From positions 1 through 63,747 of the forward strand of contig MEDY01000142.1 in the NCBI GenBank assembly GCA_001724265.1: 63,747 bases of DNA. The letters are read 5' to 3'. The position numbers and the translations under genes were made by a program. How positions within the stretch are numbered: the first letter of the stretch is position 1; the number at the start of each line of letters is the position of its first letter. Of the stretch, positions 11,419-23,717 are shown piece after piece. The notes under the pieces are model-generated. The model had not been told where the DNA came from, searched no databases, and saw only the letters and a program-made list of their open reading frames with translations. Origin of the DNA: Rhizaria sp. SCN 62-66. Its lineage: Eukaryota.

Positions 11419-11808
11419 TCACTGGCCCTGGCCGAGGTGCTGGCGCGAGCCGTGCTGGCTGCCGCTGCCGCCTAGCGAGGCCGCCGAGTTGGAGGCCGAG
11501 AGGCTCGCCGGCGGGCCCTGTCGCGGCACCGGCTGGCCCTGGCCCTGCTGCTGGCCGTCGTAGCCGCGGTGCGAGGGTGGGGGCGAGGTGGGCTCAGAGA
11601 GCTCGCCCTGCGCGCGCAGCGGCACCAGCAGCGACGACGCGCCGGCCCCGCGCAGCGTCCCGCTCCCGCCGGAGACGCCGCCGCTGTTGCGGCTGTGGGA
11701 GCGGCTGCTGCCGCCACCGCTGGTGTTGCCGTAGCGCTGAGGCGACCCCTGCTGCTGCTGGTGGTATTGCAATTGCTGCTGCTGCTGCTGCTGCTGCTGT
11801 TGCTGTTG

Positions 11809-11839
<31 letters not shown>

Positions 11840-12393
11840 TTGCGGCGGCGCTGCTTCTCGACCGAGAGGCTGTCGTCGACGGGCTCGAAGCGCGACAGCG
11901 AGGCGAGCAGGCGGTCGTGTTCGCGCGAGTGCGAGGACCACTCCTGCGTGCGCAGCCGGGGCCGCTGCTCGATGATGCGCTTCGCGAACTGCACGTTGCT
12001 CGCCAAAATGCGGTCGCGCTCGTCGCGCCGCCGCTGGTAGTTGAGCGTGGTGTGGTGCGCGGGCGCTTGGTGCTGCGAGGCTGCGTAGGCGGGCGCGCAG
12101 CCCGTGAGCGGGGACTCGGCGGCTGGCCGCAGCACCGTGCGCGCCATCTTGCCCACCAGGATCTCGTTGTCGCGGCGGATCTTGTCCTGCCGCGCAGCCT
12201 CCACGCGGTTCACCGAGCGGTTGCGGCGGTGCAGCTCGTGCACCGAGGCGTAGGTGTCGTTCCACGAGTCGAGCTTGGGCTGCGCCGAGACGACCGACTC
12301 GTGGTGCCGCGACATGCGCTGGCGGTCATCTTCGCGCCGCAGGATCGGGTTCGCCGTCACCGTGCTGTAGCCGCCGGCGGTGCGCTTGTACAT
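11419..12393 (-). CDS. CFAP97/Hemingway (KIAA1430)-domain cilia-associated protein with polyQ
   Basis: Paired motifs RQDKIRRDNEILVGKMA and TLNYQRRRDERDRILASNVQFAKRIIEQRP are typical of the domain. ATG at 12393, TGA stop. Confidence 0.75.
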
Positions 12394-13521
12394 CGCGGCG
12401 GGCGGAGAAAACAACGCGGCGAGGGCCGGACAAGCAGAGAGTGGGGCGGGTCTTGTGGAGACGAAGAGAGAGCGAGAGAGCGCCGTGTTTGGGCGAGGCT
12501 GGGGCTCTGGCAGGAAATGGAAGAAATGGAAGCAAGGGAGAGAGTGAAAGAGCGGTTCGTAAGGTTAGTAACGTCGGAATGCTGACACGAAAGAAGTTAA
12601 TGATACAATAGCACATTATATCAAAAGAAGCTACAAGAACAGCCAACAAAGTCAGAGATTTGCGATAGAATCGAGAGAGATGTGGATGCATCGAGAAGCT
12701 TCAAAAGACAAGGCAAGGGGGATGTTCTCTGGAAGCATAGAGCTACAAGAAGCACAGTTTTCCAAAAGTTAAAGAGGCCAGCAGATATATGATTATACCG
12801 AAGCTCTAAAATAATCATCACACACATAGATGTGTTCATGGCCGTGCAGAAAACAGCGATGTTGTGGGTGTCATCACCTTCACCATCCGTTACCAGAGCG
12901 GTTGTACTTTGCCAGAATTGTCGTACATAAAGCGCACTTCAAAGAATGTCAAAGAAAGAGTGTTACAAAAACAACAGGAAGTTTTCCGAAAACACAAATG
13001 CAGAGCCATTGACGGTCACGCACTGGCTGTACAACATCCTTTCTGAGCGTTTGCCCTAATCATACTCACCCGGTTCGCGAAAACTGCACTTTGGCTTTCA
13101 CAATGATGAGCACGCTGTTCCCAGGTGATGTTTTTATGTTACACAAGTAATGTCTTGCTGTATTTCAATATGTGAGCGCTATAAATAGTATTATATTGCA
13201 TGTCACATATGTTATTTCTACGTATAACAGTGGATACCATCTTGGCGAGACACAGAAGCACCACTTTGAGTGAGATGCAGAGATCCTGAGCCACGAGGTG
13301 GTATTTCATCTATTGTCTCATGTACATCGAGCTCCTCGACAACAAAATTTCATCATCGTTTAATTTCATTAATGCACTATGTTGTGTTGCACCACAGGTC
13401 TTCGACTAAGCTAACAGTTCCTCTGTGTCGAACTTGAACCTCCACTGCGTACGTTAACCACCAACTTTCCCTCGACCCCGCGCGCGCCCGCCGCCCCGCC
13501 CGCCCCCGCACAGCCCCTCAT

Positions 13522-16500
13522 ATGTCTGCGCCCGGGCCGCAGCCGCGGCCGACGGCGCTGTCGGTCAAGGCGCACGCGGACGCCCGCGCGCGTCTGCGGC
13601 ACCTGACGGAGCCGTGGCCGGGCAGCAAGCTCGCGGGCGACCTGGACTAGGCGCTGCTGGCCCACGCCGCCGCCTCGGCGGATCTGCTGCCCGACGCCAC
13701 GCGCGCCAAACTCCTGCTCACGCTGCCTTACCTTGCGCGCGCGCTGCGCAACCTGCTGCGCGGCCCTATCGAGACGCTGCTGCGCCGCTGCGCCGCCGTC
13801 GACACTGCGGCGGCGACAACGCCAGCGGCGGCAGCGACGCCTGCGGCCGCCGCCACACACACAGATGCGGCGGCGACGGGCGCTGCCTCTGCTTCTGCGA
13901 CTGCTGCGGACGGGCTGTCGTTTACAACGCTGTTCGCGTCCGCGCTGGCTTCGTTTCCGGAGACCGGTGCGCTCGCAGCCCCCGCCTCCGCTCCTGCCTC
14001 TGCCCCTGCGTCTGCGTCTGCGGCTGCTGACGCAGACGGCGACACGACTGCGAGCGCGAGTGCTGCCGCTGCTGCTGCTGCGGCGGCGGCGCTGACGGAC
14101 GACCTGTTTGCCTCGCTGCTTGCCGCCGCGACCGGCGATGCCCCCCTTAGCGCAGACGCGGCCGCAGACGCCGCAGACGCCGCCGAGGCCTCGACCTCTG
14201 GCTCTGCCTCTGGCTCTGGTTTCAAGCGATCGCTGCTGCTGCTGCCGTCGGTGGCGGGCCCGCAGCAGCGGCTCGCGCTCTCGACCGCCCAGCGCAGCGC
14301 GCTTTATATCAACAACAACAGTAGTAGCAGCAACAGCAGCGCCACTGCAAGCAGCAGTGCACGTGTTGCGAGCAAGCAGGAGCTCGGCGTCGCCGCCGCG
14401 CCAGTGTCTGCCGCCACCGCTGCTGCTGGATCTAGTGCCACGCCCTCCGCGCCCCCCGCGCCCGCGGCAGCGCCCGCGCCGCCCCGCCAGGCGTTCCTTG
14501 TGTCGTCGGCGCCGCGGCTGGCCCCGCTGCCACCCGGCGCGGCCGCCGCGGCTGCCGCGCCCGCGCCGTCGCTGGCGGCGGCCTTCCAGCCCGCGCGGCA
14601 GACCGCGCTGCTGTCGGCGCACGAGAGCGCGGCGGCTGGGCTCGCGTCGGCCGCGCAGCTCCGCGCCGCCGCGGCCGCGCAGCGCCGGCGCGCGCGCGAG
14701 ACGGAGCGGCTCATCGCGCGGCAGCAGAAGGAGCAGCAGCGCGCCGCGCGCAAGGCCGTCAAGCGGGCCGCCGAGGAGGACAGGGCGCGTAAGCGGGCCG
14801 CCGCTGCCGGCGACGATGATGACGCCGGCGACAGCGACGACCAGTGGGGCACCGACGACGACGACAGCGACGACGACGACACCGACAGCAGCGGCAGCAG
14901 CAGCAGTAGTGGTAGCAGCAGCAGCAGCAGCAGCGACAGCGACAGCGACGACGACAGCGGCAAGAGCAGCTCCAGCTCGAGCTCCAGCAGCGGCGGCAAG
15001 CGCGGCGGTGCTGCTCGCAAGCCGCGGCGGACGAAGGAGCAGCGCGCCGCCGCCGCCGCCGCTAAGGCTGCCGCCAAGGCTGCGGCGCGGGAGGCCAAGG
15101 CGGCCGCGCGCGCCGCCGCCGCCGCGACCAAGGCGGCCGCGCGCGAGGCTGCGGCGGCGGCGCGCGCCGCGGCCAGGGTCGGGCGCGTGACTGTGGCCGC
15201 GGACAAGGCCGCCGCGAAGGAGGCCGCGGCGGCGGCGCGCGCGGAGGCCGCCGCGGCCAAGGCCACCAAGGCCCGGGAGCGGGACGCGGCGCGCGCGGCC
15301 AAGGCGCTGGCCAGGGAGAACGCTGCGCGCGCGAAGCAGGGACTGCCCCCGCTGGCCGCGCTGCCCCCCGTCGTGGTCGACGCCGACGCCGCCGCCGACA
15401 CCGCCGCTGCTGCCGCGACCGCTGCGTCTGCGACCACTGGGCAGGTGAAGCGTCCCGCCGAGGCTGGCGATGCCCCTGCCGCTGCCACTGTCGCTGCGAC
15501 CGCGGAGGACGGTCAGGAGGAGGGCCAGCAAGCGAAGCGCCCCCGCCCCGCCGCCGCCGCCGCCAGAGTCAAGCAGGAACCCGGCACCGCCGCTGCTGAC
15601 GCGGCCGCTGGCACTGCTGGCGACGTGAAGGAGCAGGACGTGCAGCTGCCCGCGCTCGCGCCCTTCGCCGCGGCCGCACCGCTGCCTTCTGGCGCTGCTG
15701 GCGCTGGCGCTGACGCGGGCTCGACCGCAGCGCCGGCGGCCGCGGGCGGGCCGTCGTCGGCCGTGCTCGCCGCGCTGGCGGCCAAGCGCGCCGCCGTCGC
15801 CGCGGCCCGCGAGCGCAAGCAGGCCGAGGCAGACGCCGCGGCCGCCGCTGCTGCCGGCAGCCTTGATGTCGGCGCCATTGCAGTCAAGGTCGAGGCGCAG
15901 CTCGAGGCCCTGCCCGCGGCCACCGTGGGCGCGGCCGCGGCGCCCGTTGCGATGACGGATGACAGCAGCAGCAACGGGGATGCTGGCGCGAAGGCTGGTT
16001 CGACTGACACATATGCGTACACTTACCAGCCTGCTTATAACAGCAACAGCAGTAGCAGCAGCAGCGGCTATGGCGGCTACGGCGGCGCGTACGCGCCCGT
16101 GCGCGCTATCTGCGACAGCGACAGCGACAGCGACGGCGACGACGCCGCCGCTGGCGCCACCCGGGCCGCTGCCGCGCCGCCGCAGGCGAGCGTCCGGGAC
16201 CGCCCCACGCCTGCCGTCGCCGCCGCAGTGCCGGCGGCTGTTGCTGCGGCCCCGGCGGCTGTCGCTGCGACACCGGCGGGTCTGAGCCCCCCCGCAGACT
16301 CCGCTGCCTCTGTCACCTCGACAGGCACAGACACGGACGGCGCTGGTGCTGCTGCTGCTAGCGCGGACGCTGCGGGGACTGGCGAGCTGGCGGCGCTGCT
16401 GCCGCCGCCGCTGCTGGCGTCGCCGTCGTTCGCGCAGGGCCAGGCGGCGCTGGCGCAGGTGGCTGCCGCGACGGGCCGCAACGCGCTGACGCCAGAGAGC

Positions 16501-16800
16501 GAGGCGCTCGCCGCGGCCGCGCTGGCCGGCACGCTCGACGTCGCCGTCGCCGCCGGGCTCGCGCGCGCGGGGCGCCTGCCCGCGGGCGTCAGCGCCGTGG
16601 CCGGCAGTGACAGCGCCTTCGAGGTGGTGCTCAACCAGGCCTTCGTGGTCCGCGCGGAGGACGGGGCCGTGTTCGTCGAGAGCAAGTGCGTCGTCGTCGA
16701 CCTGGGGTCCGGCCAGTGGAAGACTGTGGCCCGCCGCAAGCGGACCAAGGACCCCGCCACTGTGGCAGCCGCGCTCGCGCAGCAGGGCGCGCCGCAGTGA
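13522..16800 (+). CDS. NELFA: Negative elongation factor A (NELF-A/WHSC2)-like protein; one in-frame TAG at 13648-13650
   Basis: One frame from ATG 13522 to TGA 16798-16800, interrupted only by TAG. N-terminus EPWPGSKLAGDLD*ALL..RAKLLLTLPYL..ASALASFPETGAL resembles NELF-A (KLKLLLGTLHL..ILKSFPDTGSL). C-terminus NALTPESEALAAAALAG..VVVDLGSGQWKTVARRK resembles NELF-A NKVTRPEKALILGFMAG..FEMNYATGQWTRFKK. Confidence 0.75.
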
Positions 16801-17191
16801 GCAAGTGCAATGGACACGTGCAGTGACCAAGTACATTGAGCAACCTCAGTGAGCAAGTGCGCTGTGTGCGATGTGTTATTCTGAATGTCTTATGAATACC
16901 GATCTAATCACCAGTGCAATACCATATATTTAAGAGGAAATACACATAGAATTTTAAGTATACTTTATTTTTGTCTCAGTGGACAGTTATATTCTTCGTA
17001 TTACGGTTATTGGAAACGTGCATTTACAAAACACACGACGTAATTGGAAAGGATATAACGCCCCAACTAACAAATCATTTTCAAAAACAACGATACAAAT
17101 AGAGATTTCATGTAACATACACAACAAACAAGCGTTCAAAAAAACCAATCAAAGACAGAAGAATAGCACTCTGTGGGGCTCACTGTGGAGC

Positions 17192-17596
17192 TCACTCGGC
17201 TGCGCCGGCGGAGGGGATGAGCTCTCCGTTATCGAGCTGCGTGAGCGTGCGGTCGGCGCGGATCATGTGCTTGATGACGAGGTGCACGCGCGTGTTCATG
17301 TCGCTCACCTCGGCGGGGCTCAGCTCGTCCACGGCGGCCAACTGCTCCGCGATCGCGGCCTTGACCGTCTCGGCCGTAGCCGTCACGCCATTGTTGCACC
17401 CGATGCGCACGTGCGCCAGAATGAGCCCCGAGAGGCGGAAGTAGACGTCGTGTGTGATGTGCATCGTCTTCTTGGCCTTGTTCTTGCCCCTGCGCGCGGA
17501 CTCGCCGCTGTCGAGCGTCGCGTCGCGGACACGCTCGCCCAGCGCCGCGTCGAGCCCGGCCGCCGCAGCGGCCTCGGCCGGGGTCGGGCCCGTCGA

Positions 17597-17638
<42 letters not shown>

Positions 17639-20026
17639 GGGCGCGGACGACGCCGTGCGCGCGCGCTTGCCGGGGCCGCGGCGCGAGCCGGCATCCTCCA
17701 CTTCCTCGTTGTCGTCGTCGTCGTCGTCGCCGTCGGCCACGGTGGCGCGGCCGCTCGCGCTCTTGGACTCATCGTCGTCGGGCCGTGCGCGGCGGCCGCG
17801 GGACGACCTCGCGGGTGCAGCAGCAGCGGCAGCAGCGGACGTGGAGGGCGTCTTGTCGTCGTCGTTGTCATCGTCGTCGTCGTCGTTGCCGCCAGCACCG
17901 CCCGCGCCGCCGTCGTCGTCGCCGCCGTCGTCGCCGCCGTGGTTCTCGCCGTCCTCATCGAGGTACATGTCGTCGTGCGTCACGCGCACGAAGGAGCCCT
18001 CCATGAGCGCGGCGGCGTCGGCGACGTCCTGCGCCGTGACATCCTCGCGCAGGTTCGCGCGCGCCAGCGCCTCCGAGAGCCGGATCATCGACTCGAGCTG
18101 GCGCGCCGTGACGCGGTAGTTGGACTTAGCGGCGGCGTGCGCGTCCTCGGCGCGGATGCCCTCGTACTTGTCCACGAGCGCGTCGATGGCGGGCTGCGAC
18201 AGCACGGGATGCAGCGTGTGCGCGAAGCGGATGAAGGTGCGCAGCATCGCGGGCGACAGCTCCGGCTGCGCGCGCTGGTTGTGCAGCGCCTCGGGCCCCG
18301 CCGCGGGGTTGCGCGCCAGCAGTGCGTTGTCGCGGCGCAGCGACACGATGTGGTCGGCGATGTTGCGATCCGCGGCCGCGTTGCACTCGTCGAGCACGAC
18401 GAAGAAGAGGTCGAAACGGGACATAATGGGCGGGGAGATGTCGACGTTCTGCCGCAACATCTTGCTGCGGTCGTAGCGCCCGCCGATGGGGTTAGCCGCA
18501 GCCAGCACCGAGGTGCGTGCGTTGAGCGTGGCCTGGATGCCCGCCTTGGCGATCGAGATGGTCTGCTGCTCCATGGCCTCGTGGATCGCGCTCTGGTCGA
18601 TGGGGTCCATTTTGTCGAACTCGTCGATACAGCACACACCGTTGTCTGCCAGCATCAGCGCGCCCGCCTCGATGGTGAATTCCTTCGTGTCGGGGTCGCG
18701 CGCCACCGACGCCGTGAGACCGGCGGCCGAGGCGGACTTGCCCGAGGTGTAGACAGAGCGCGGCATGAAGGACACGACGAACTTGAGGAACTGCGACTTA
18801 GACGTTGACGGGTCGCCCACGATGCACACGTTGATGTCGCCACGCAGGTTCTGCTTGTCCGCCGTGTGCTTGTGCACGCCGCCCAGCAGCATGAGCAGGA
18901 TGCCGCGCTTGATGAGCTCGTGGCCGAAGATGTTGGGCGCGATCGCCGCCGTCAGCTTGTCCACGCGCAGCGGGTCGTCGCGCAGCCGCATCAGCAGCTG
19001 CCGGTCTTCGAGCGTGAACTCCTCCGTCGCCGTGTCGATGCCCGCGGCCGCCTCAAAGCTCGTCGCGCTCGCGTTCTTCTTCAGCGCCTGCACGTTCGAC
19101 GCTAGGAACGCCAGTTTGTACACGAGCTCGCGGGAACCGAACTCGCGGAGACCCGTGACGCCGGCGCCGTCCTCCGCGCGCCCGCCGCTGCGCGCGCTCG
19201 CCTCGCGGATGTTGGCCACGAGCGGCGACGCCGAGGTGGGAATGGCAATGAGCGTGCCGACAACGACGCACGAGTCGCCGGGCTTGACGCGCTCGACCAG
19301 CTCCTGGCGCAGGATGACGGGGATCGAGCGCGGCATCGAGCCGGCGGGGATGTCGCTCGTGTGCTCCTGCAGCGTCAGCTGCTGCCAGTCGATGAACTCC
19401 GAGGCCGCCACGTCCAGGTCGAAAAACTTGCGGTTGTTGCACTGCGGCGACGCGCAGAGCACGGGGTCCGTGTACTTAAACTGCTGGGCGACGTTGCGCA
19501 CCACGGTCCCGCAGTCGCGGCACTTGAACGAGCCCAAGATGAGCTCGGGGCGCGTCGGCGTCGTGCGCGTGATCGTGCCCGTAAGCGCGACGAGCCGGCC
19601 CAGCGCAGTGGAGCTGAGCGCGCGGATGGTGACGGAGGAGCGCGCGTTGTAGAGCGAAACGGAGTAAGAGCGCGCGCGGCCTTCGATGAAGGCGTGGTCC
19701 ACGTGCAGCTCCTGCATCAGCTGCTGCACGGCGCGCGCCACAAAGGGCTCCAGGCGGTAGTAGCTGCTCGAGATGTAGTCCGCGAGCGACTGGTCGAAAG
19801 CGGCGACGTGGAGGAAGTCGACGTACATGGTCGCGATGTCGCGGTTGGCCATGCGCGCGGCCTGCTCGACGTAGAGCGGGCGCTGCGCGGACGACGCAGA
19901 GCCCGCGCCGTCGCTCATCGCGTGGCCAGGCGCAACGGCAAAGTTTTGCAGGAACGAGAGAAAGAACTCCTGGACGGTCTCGCCAAGCTCATCCTTGAGC
20001 ACGATCGAGCCTTCCACGTTAGCCAT
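17192..20026 (-). CDS. MCM6: DNA replication licensing factor MCM6
   Basis: Zn finger CRDC..CASPQC, IPAGSMPRS, GVTGLREFGSRELVYKLAFLA, Walker A GDPSTSKSQFLK, CCIDEFDKMD, arginine finger IMSRFDLFFV, VTARQLESMIRLSEA. TGA stop. Confidence 0.95.
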
Positions 20027-20838
20027 TGTGGGACGAGAAAGTTGCGACTGACGCGACAGAGGCTAGGGCGACGAAGGGTGTGCTGCGGAAGGAAGGAGCT
20101 CCAACAAGGTACGAGCGGGCTGCGCAAAGGAGAGGCAGGCAAGCTGTGATGGCCGGGCGAGCTGATGAACGACAGGCGGCGGAGCAGATGTGCCGAGCGT
20201 CGAGCAAGCGGTGTGAGGGTGAAACTGAGGACAGCTCTTATCGAGATATCAAAGGGGAAGAAACGACCTTAAAGGGCAGGCACTAATATACACAGTTAAA
20301 AACAGTGCGGTAGTGCTTGGAAGGAGTGTTCGACACCCAAAAGGATCTATGGCGGAGAAGGCAGGCAGAAAAACAGCAATGGCGTTTCATGAACGGAAGA
20401 GGGCGGCGGCGAGATAAAGTGAGCTTCGTTCGAAATCAGATGTTCGTGTACAGGCAAAAAAACAAAATGTCAAGAAAATCCACATAGAGTTCTAAAGGCC
20501 ACCATTTTAACATTTAAATAGAAAGCCGTTTAATCCACGAGTTTCGCGATACCGCCGAGCCGACCAGGGAGCGCGGCTGTGGCGGTCGTCGGCACAGCGA
20601 TTTTTTAGGAACCTAGCTTGTGGCAGGACTTCGGCAGTGCGACCGACCGAAGAAACATCTGCGGGCAGGGCTCGCACGGACAAGCACGATTAGAGCTTCT
20701 GTGACCTTTCATTTGTGGTATATTTTCAGTTTTCAGAATTAATGCGAAGTTTTCTTGTAGTTTGTTTATTACGCAGCTCACTGTTTAATGTTATCCTTCG
20801 CTTTGCTTTATTCTTTCCGGCCCAGGTCACCACTCACC

Positions 20839-21771
20839 ATGGAGGGCGACCACTGGGGCATTGGCTCTGGTCACGACCACGAAGAGAGCCCCCTGGCTTT
20901 CGTTCGTGCTCTGTCGGCGTCCTCGGACCCGTACCTGAAGCAGGCCGCCGTGGCGTACTCGGGCATCACCGACTTCCTCGGGCTGCAGCAGGCGACGGGC
21001 CCCGCGGCGCCGACCTCGTACTTCGCTGCGATCCTCTCCTCGCTGGCGCAGAAGGGCCGCCACACGCCCGACTCGCTCGGCGGGCTTTCGTACCTGCTCG
21101 CGCGCATTGTCCCGCTGGTGCCGCCCGCGGTGCTGAACCTCAAGAGCGAGGAGTTCGCGGAGCTGTCGCTGGCGTTGCTGCGGCAGCACGCCGACATCAC
21201 GTTCCTTACCAAGCAGGTCCTCGTTGCCATCGCGCACGTGCTGCGCGTGCTCCCGGCCTCGACGCTCGTCGCCAAGACGCGCCTCCGCATGCTGCAGGGC
21301 CTGCTCGTGTTCGTCATCGACCCGCGCCCCAAGGTGCGTCGCCTGTCGCAGCGCCTCACGGCCGCCGTCTTCCGCCAGCTCTCTGAGCACGGCCCCGGGC
21401 CTGTGCGCTCGCTCGCCGCGCTCGCCGAGACCGACTCGGACGCCGCGCGCGAGGAGCACGCGCTTGCCACGGCGCTTGCCGCGCTGGGCCAGCCCGCCGT
21501 CTCGCGCGCGGGCGTGCCCAAGCCCGTGCTGGAGACTCTGGTCCGCTTCGCGCAGGCCGAGCTGGCCGCGTGCTCGCGCAAAGACTGCCAGCCCGCGCTC
21601 TACCTCTGCGGCGCGCTGCAGCTGCTGGTGCCCTACCTGCCGCTGCCCGTGTGCGCGCAGCTGCTGGCCGAGCTGCTGCGGCTGGCCGCCGAGGGCAACG
21701 TCTTCCTCACGCTCCAGACCTTCCGCGTCATGGCGCGCACGCTCTCGCACGGACTCCGCACGCAGCGCGCG

Positions 21772-21803
<32 letters not shown>

Positions 21804-23677
21804 GGGCTCCGTCGCGCCGGGCCCCGTCGCCGCGGCGCTGGGCCTTACGCGCGCCGACGCGCTGACGCGGCTGACCCGCGCGGGCGACTTCGTGACGCAG
21901 CTGCTCTCTTCGGCCGCGGACATCGTGCCCCCCGCCACCGACGCCGCGGGCTGCGGCGCCTACCTGGCCTTCGTCAAGGCCGCCTTCGCGTCGCTCTCGC
22001 AGCTCGACGCGCCGCGTGCGGTCGCGCTTGCGCCGCAGTACGTGGCCTCGCTGTCCGAGCTCATGGGCGCCGTGGCGGCCGACAAGACGCTCGCCGAGGC
22101 CGCCGCGGCCGCCGCGCGCGTCGTCGTCAAGGCGGGCGCGCACCCCGCCGCCGCCGTCGCGCCCGCCGTTGCGCAGCTCGCGCGCGCCTCGGCGCTCCAG
22201 GCGCAGGCGCAGCAACAGGGCCCCGGCAAGCGGAGCAAGGAGGCGCTCGCCGCCGCGGCCGCCGCGACGCAGGCTGCGCTCGAGATGCCCTTCGCGAGGC
22301 TCATCGTGCAGGTGCAGTCGCTGCTCGGGCTCGAGACGCAGCGCGCGTGGCCCCACGTGCTCTCGGTCATCGAGACGCTCATCGCCGCCGCCGCCGCGCG
22401 CGGGGACACCGTGGGCACCGCCGCCATCGCCGCCGCAGTCGCCGAGGCCACCGGCGCGCCCGCGCCCGCGAGCGCCGAGGTGCCGCTGACGCCCGCCGCG
22501 GCGCCCTTCTTCGAGTCGCTGCTTCAGACGGTTGACGGCATCGTGCGCGCGGCCCACGCGGCCTCGGGTTCGGGCTCGGCCGCCTCGCGCGCGCTGGCCG
22601 CCGCGGCGGAGCGCTGCGTGGGCACGGCCGTCAAGGCGCTGGGCCCCGAGTTCGTGCTGCAGACGCTGCCGCTGGACCTGCCGGTGACGGCGGCCGAGGA
22701 CGCACGGCCCATGTCGCAGCGCCTCGAGGCCGCGCGCGCGTGGCTGCTGCCGCTGCTCGCCGCCAACGTCCGCGGCGCCGCGCTGGCGACCTTCCTCGCA
22801 CAGCTGCTGCCGCTTGCCGACGATATGCTCTCGCTGGCGGCGCAGGCGCTGTCGGCGACGCCGCCGCGCGCCGTCGAGGCCAAGGCGCTCTTCTCGATCG
22901 CTGAGCAGTTGTGGGAGACGCTCCCGGCCTTCGCGCACCTGCCCGTGGACCTGGCGGCCTCGGTCAAGGCGCTGTCACGCCGCGCCGCTGCCGCGCTGAC
23001 CTCGCAAGAGCTGTCGTTCACGCACGCCGTGGTGTGCCGCGCGCTCCGCACGCTCATCGTTGACAACATGGCCGTTTCGCGCGCCGACGCCATCCGCGCG
23101 CGCGCCGCCGCCGCCGGGAAGGTGGTCCGCGCGCCCGGCGACGAGGAGGCCGCGTTCGACTCGGACAACGAGGGCGACGACGGCGACGATGCCGCCGACA
23201 CCGACTCCCAGAGCGCCGCCGCGGCCGCGCGCCGCGCCAAGAGCAAGGCCGCCAGGCGCGCGCGCGCTGACCGCGGCGAAGACCACGACGATGACGACGA
23301 CGACGACGACGATGACGACGACGAGAACGTGATGGGCGACGCCACGGCCTCGTTCATCGCGTCCGCCGGCTCCACGGCGGCGGCGCTGGCGGCGTTCCAG
23401 CCCGTCTCGCAGGCCGCGGCCGAGGCCAACCTGGCGCTGCTGGGCGGGCTGGCCAAGAACTTCCTTCCGCTGCTCTTCAACGTGGCCTCTGCGGCCGACG
23501 ACGCGGAGCGCGTGGTGGTGCTCAACGCCGTGGCCGCCTTCGCTGTGGCCGCGCCCGAGGAGCTCCGCGCGGGGCTCTTCGTGCAGGTCATGGGCAAGTA
23601 CGTTGAGGCCACGTCGGCGTCCACCGAGGCACACGCCGAGGCGCTCGAGGACGAGGAGGGCAGCGGCGACGACGGCG

Positions 23678-23717
<40 letters not shown>

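Noticed and set aside
13411-16836. 1141-aa minus-strand ORF, and similar long antisense or alternate-frame ORFs (3816-6155, 16979-18808, 20827-22938, 22524-24677, 35992-37716, 38602-40266)
   Set aside because: Shadow ORFs caused by extreme GC3 bias. They overlap genes with recognisable motifs and have Arg/Gly-rich, domain-free translations.
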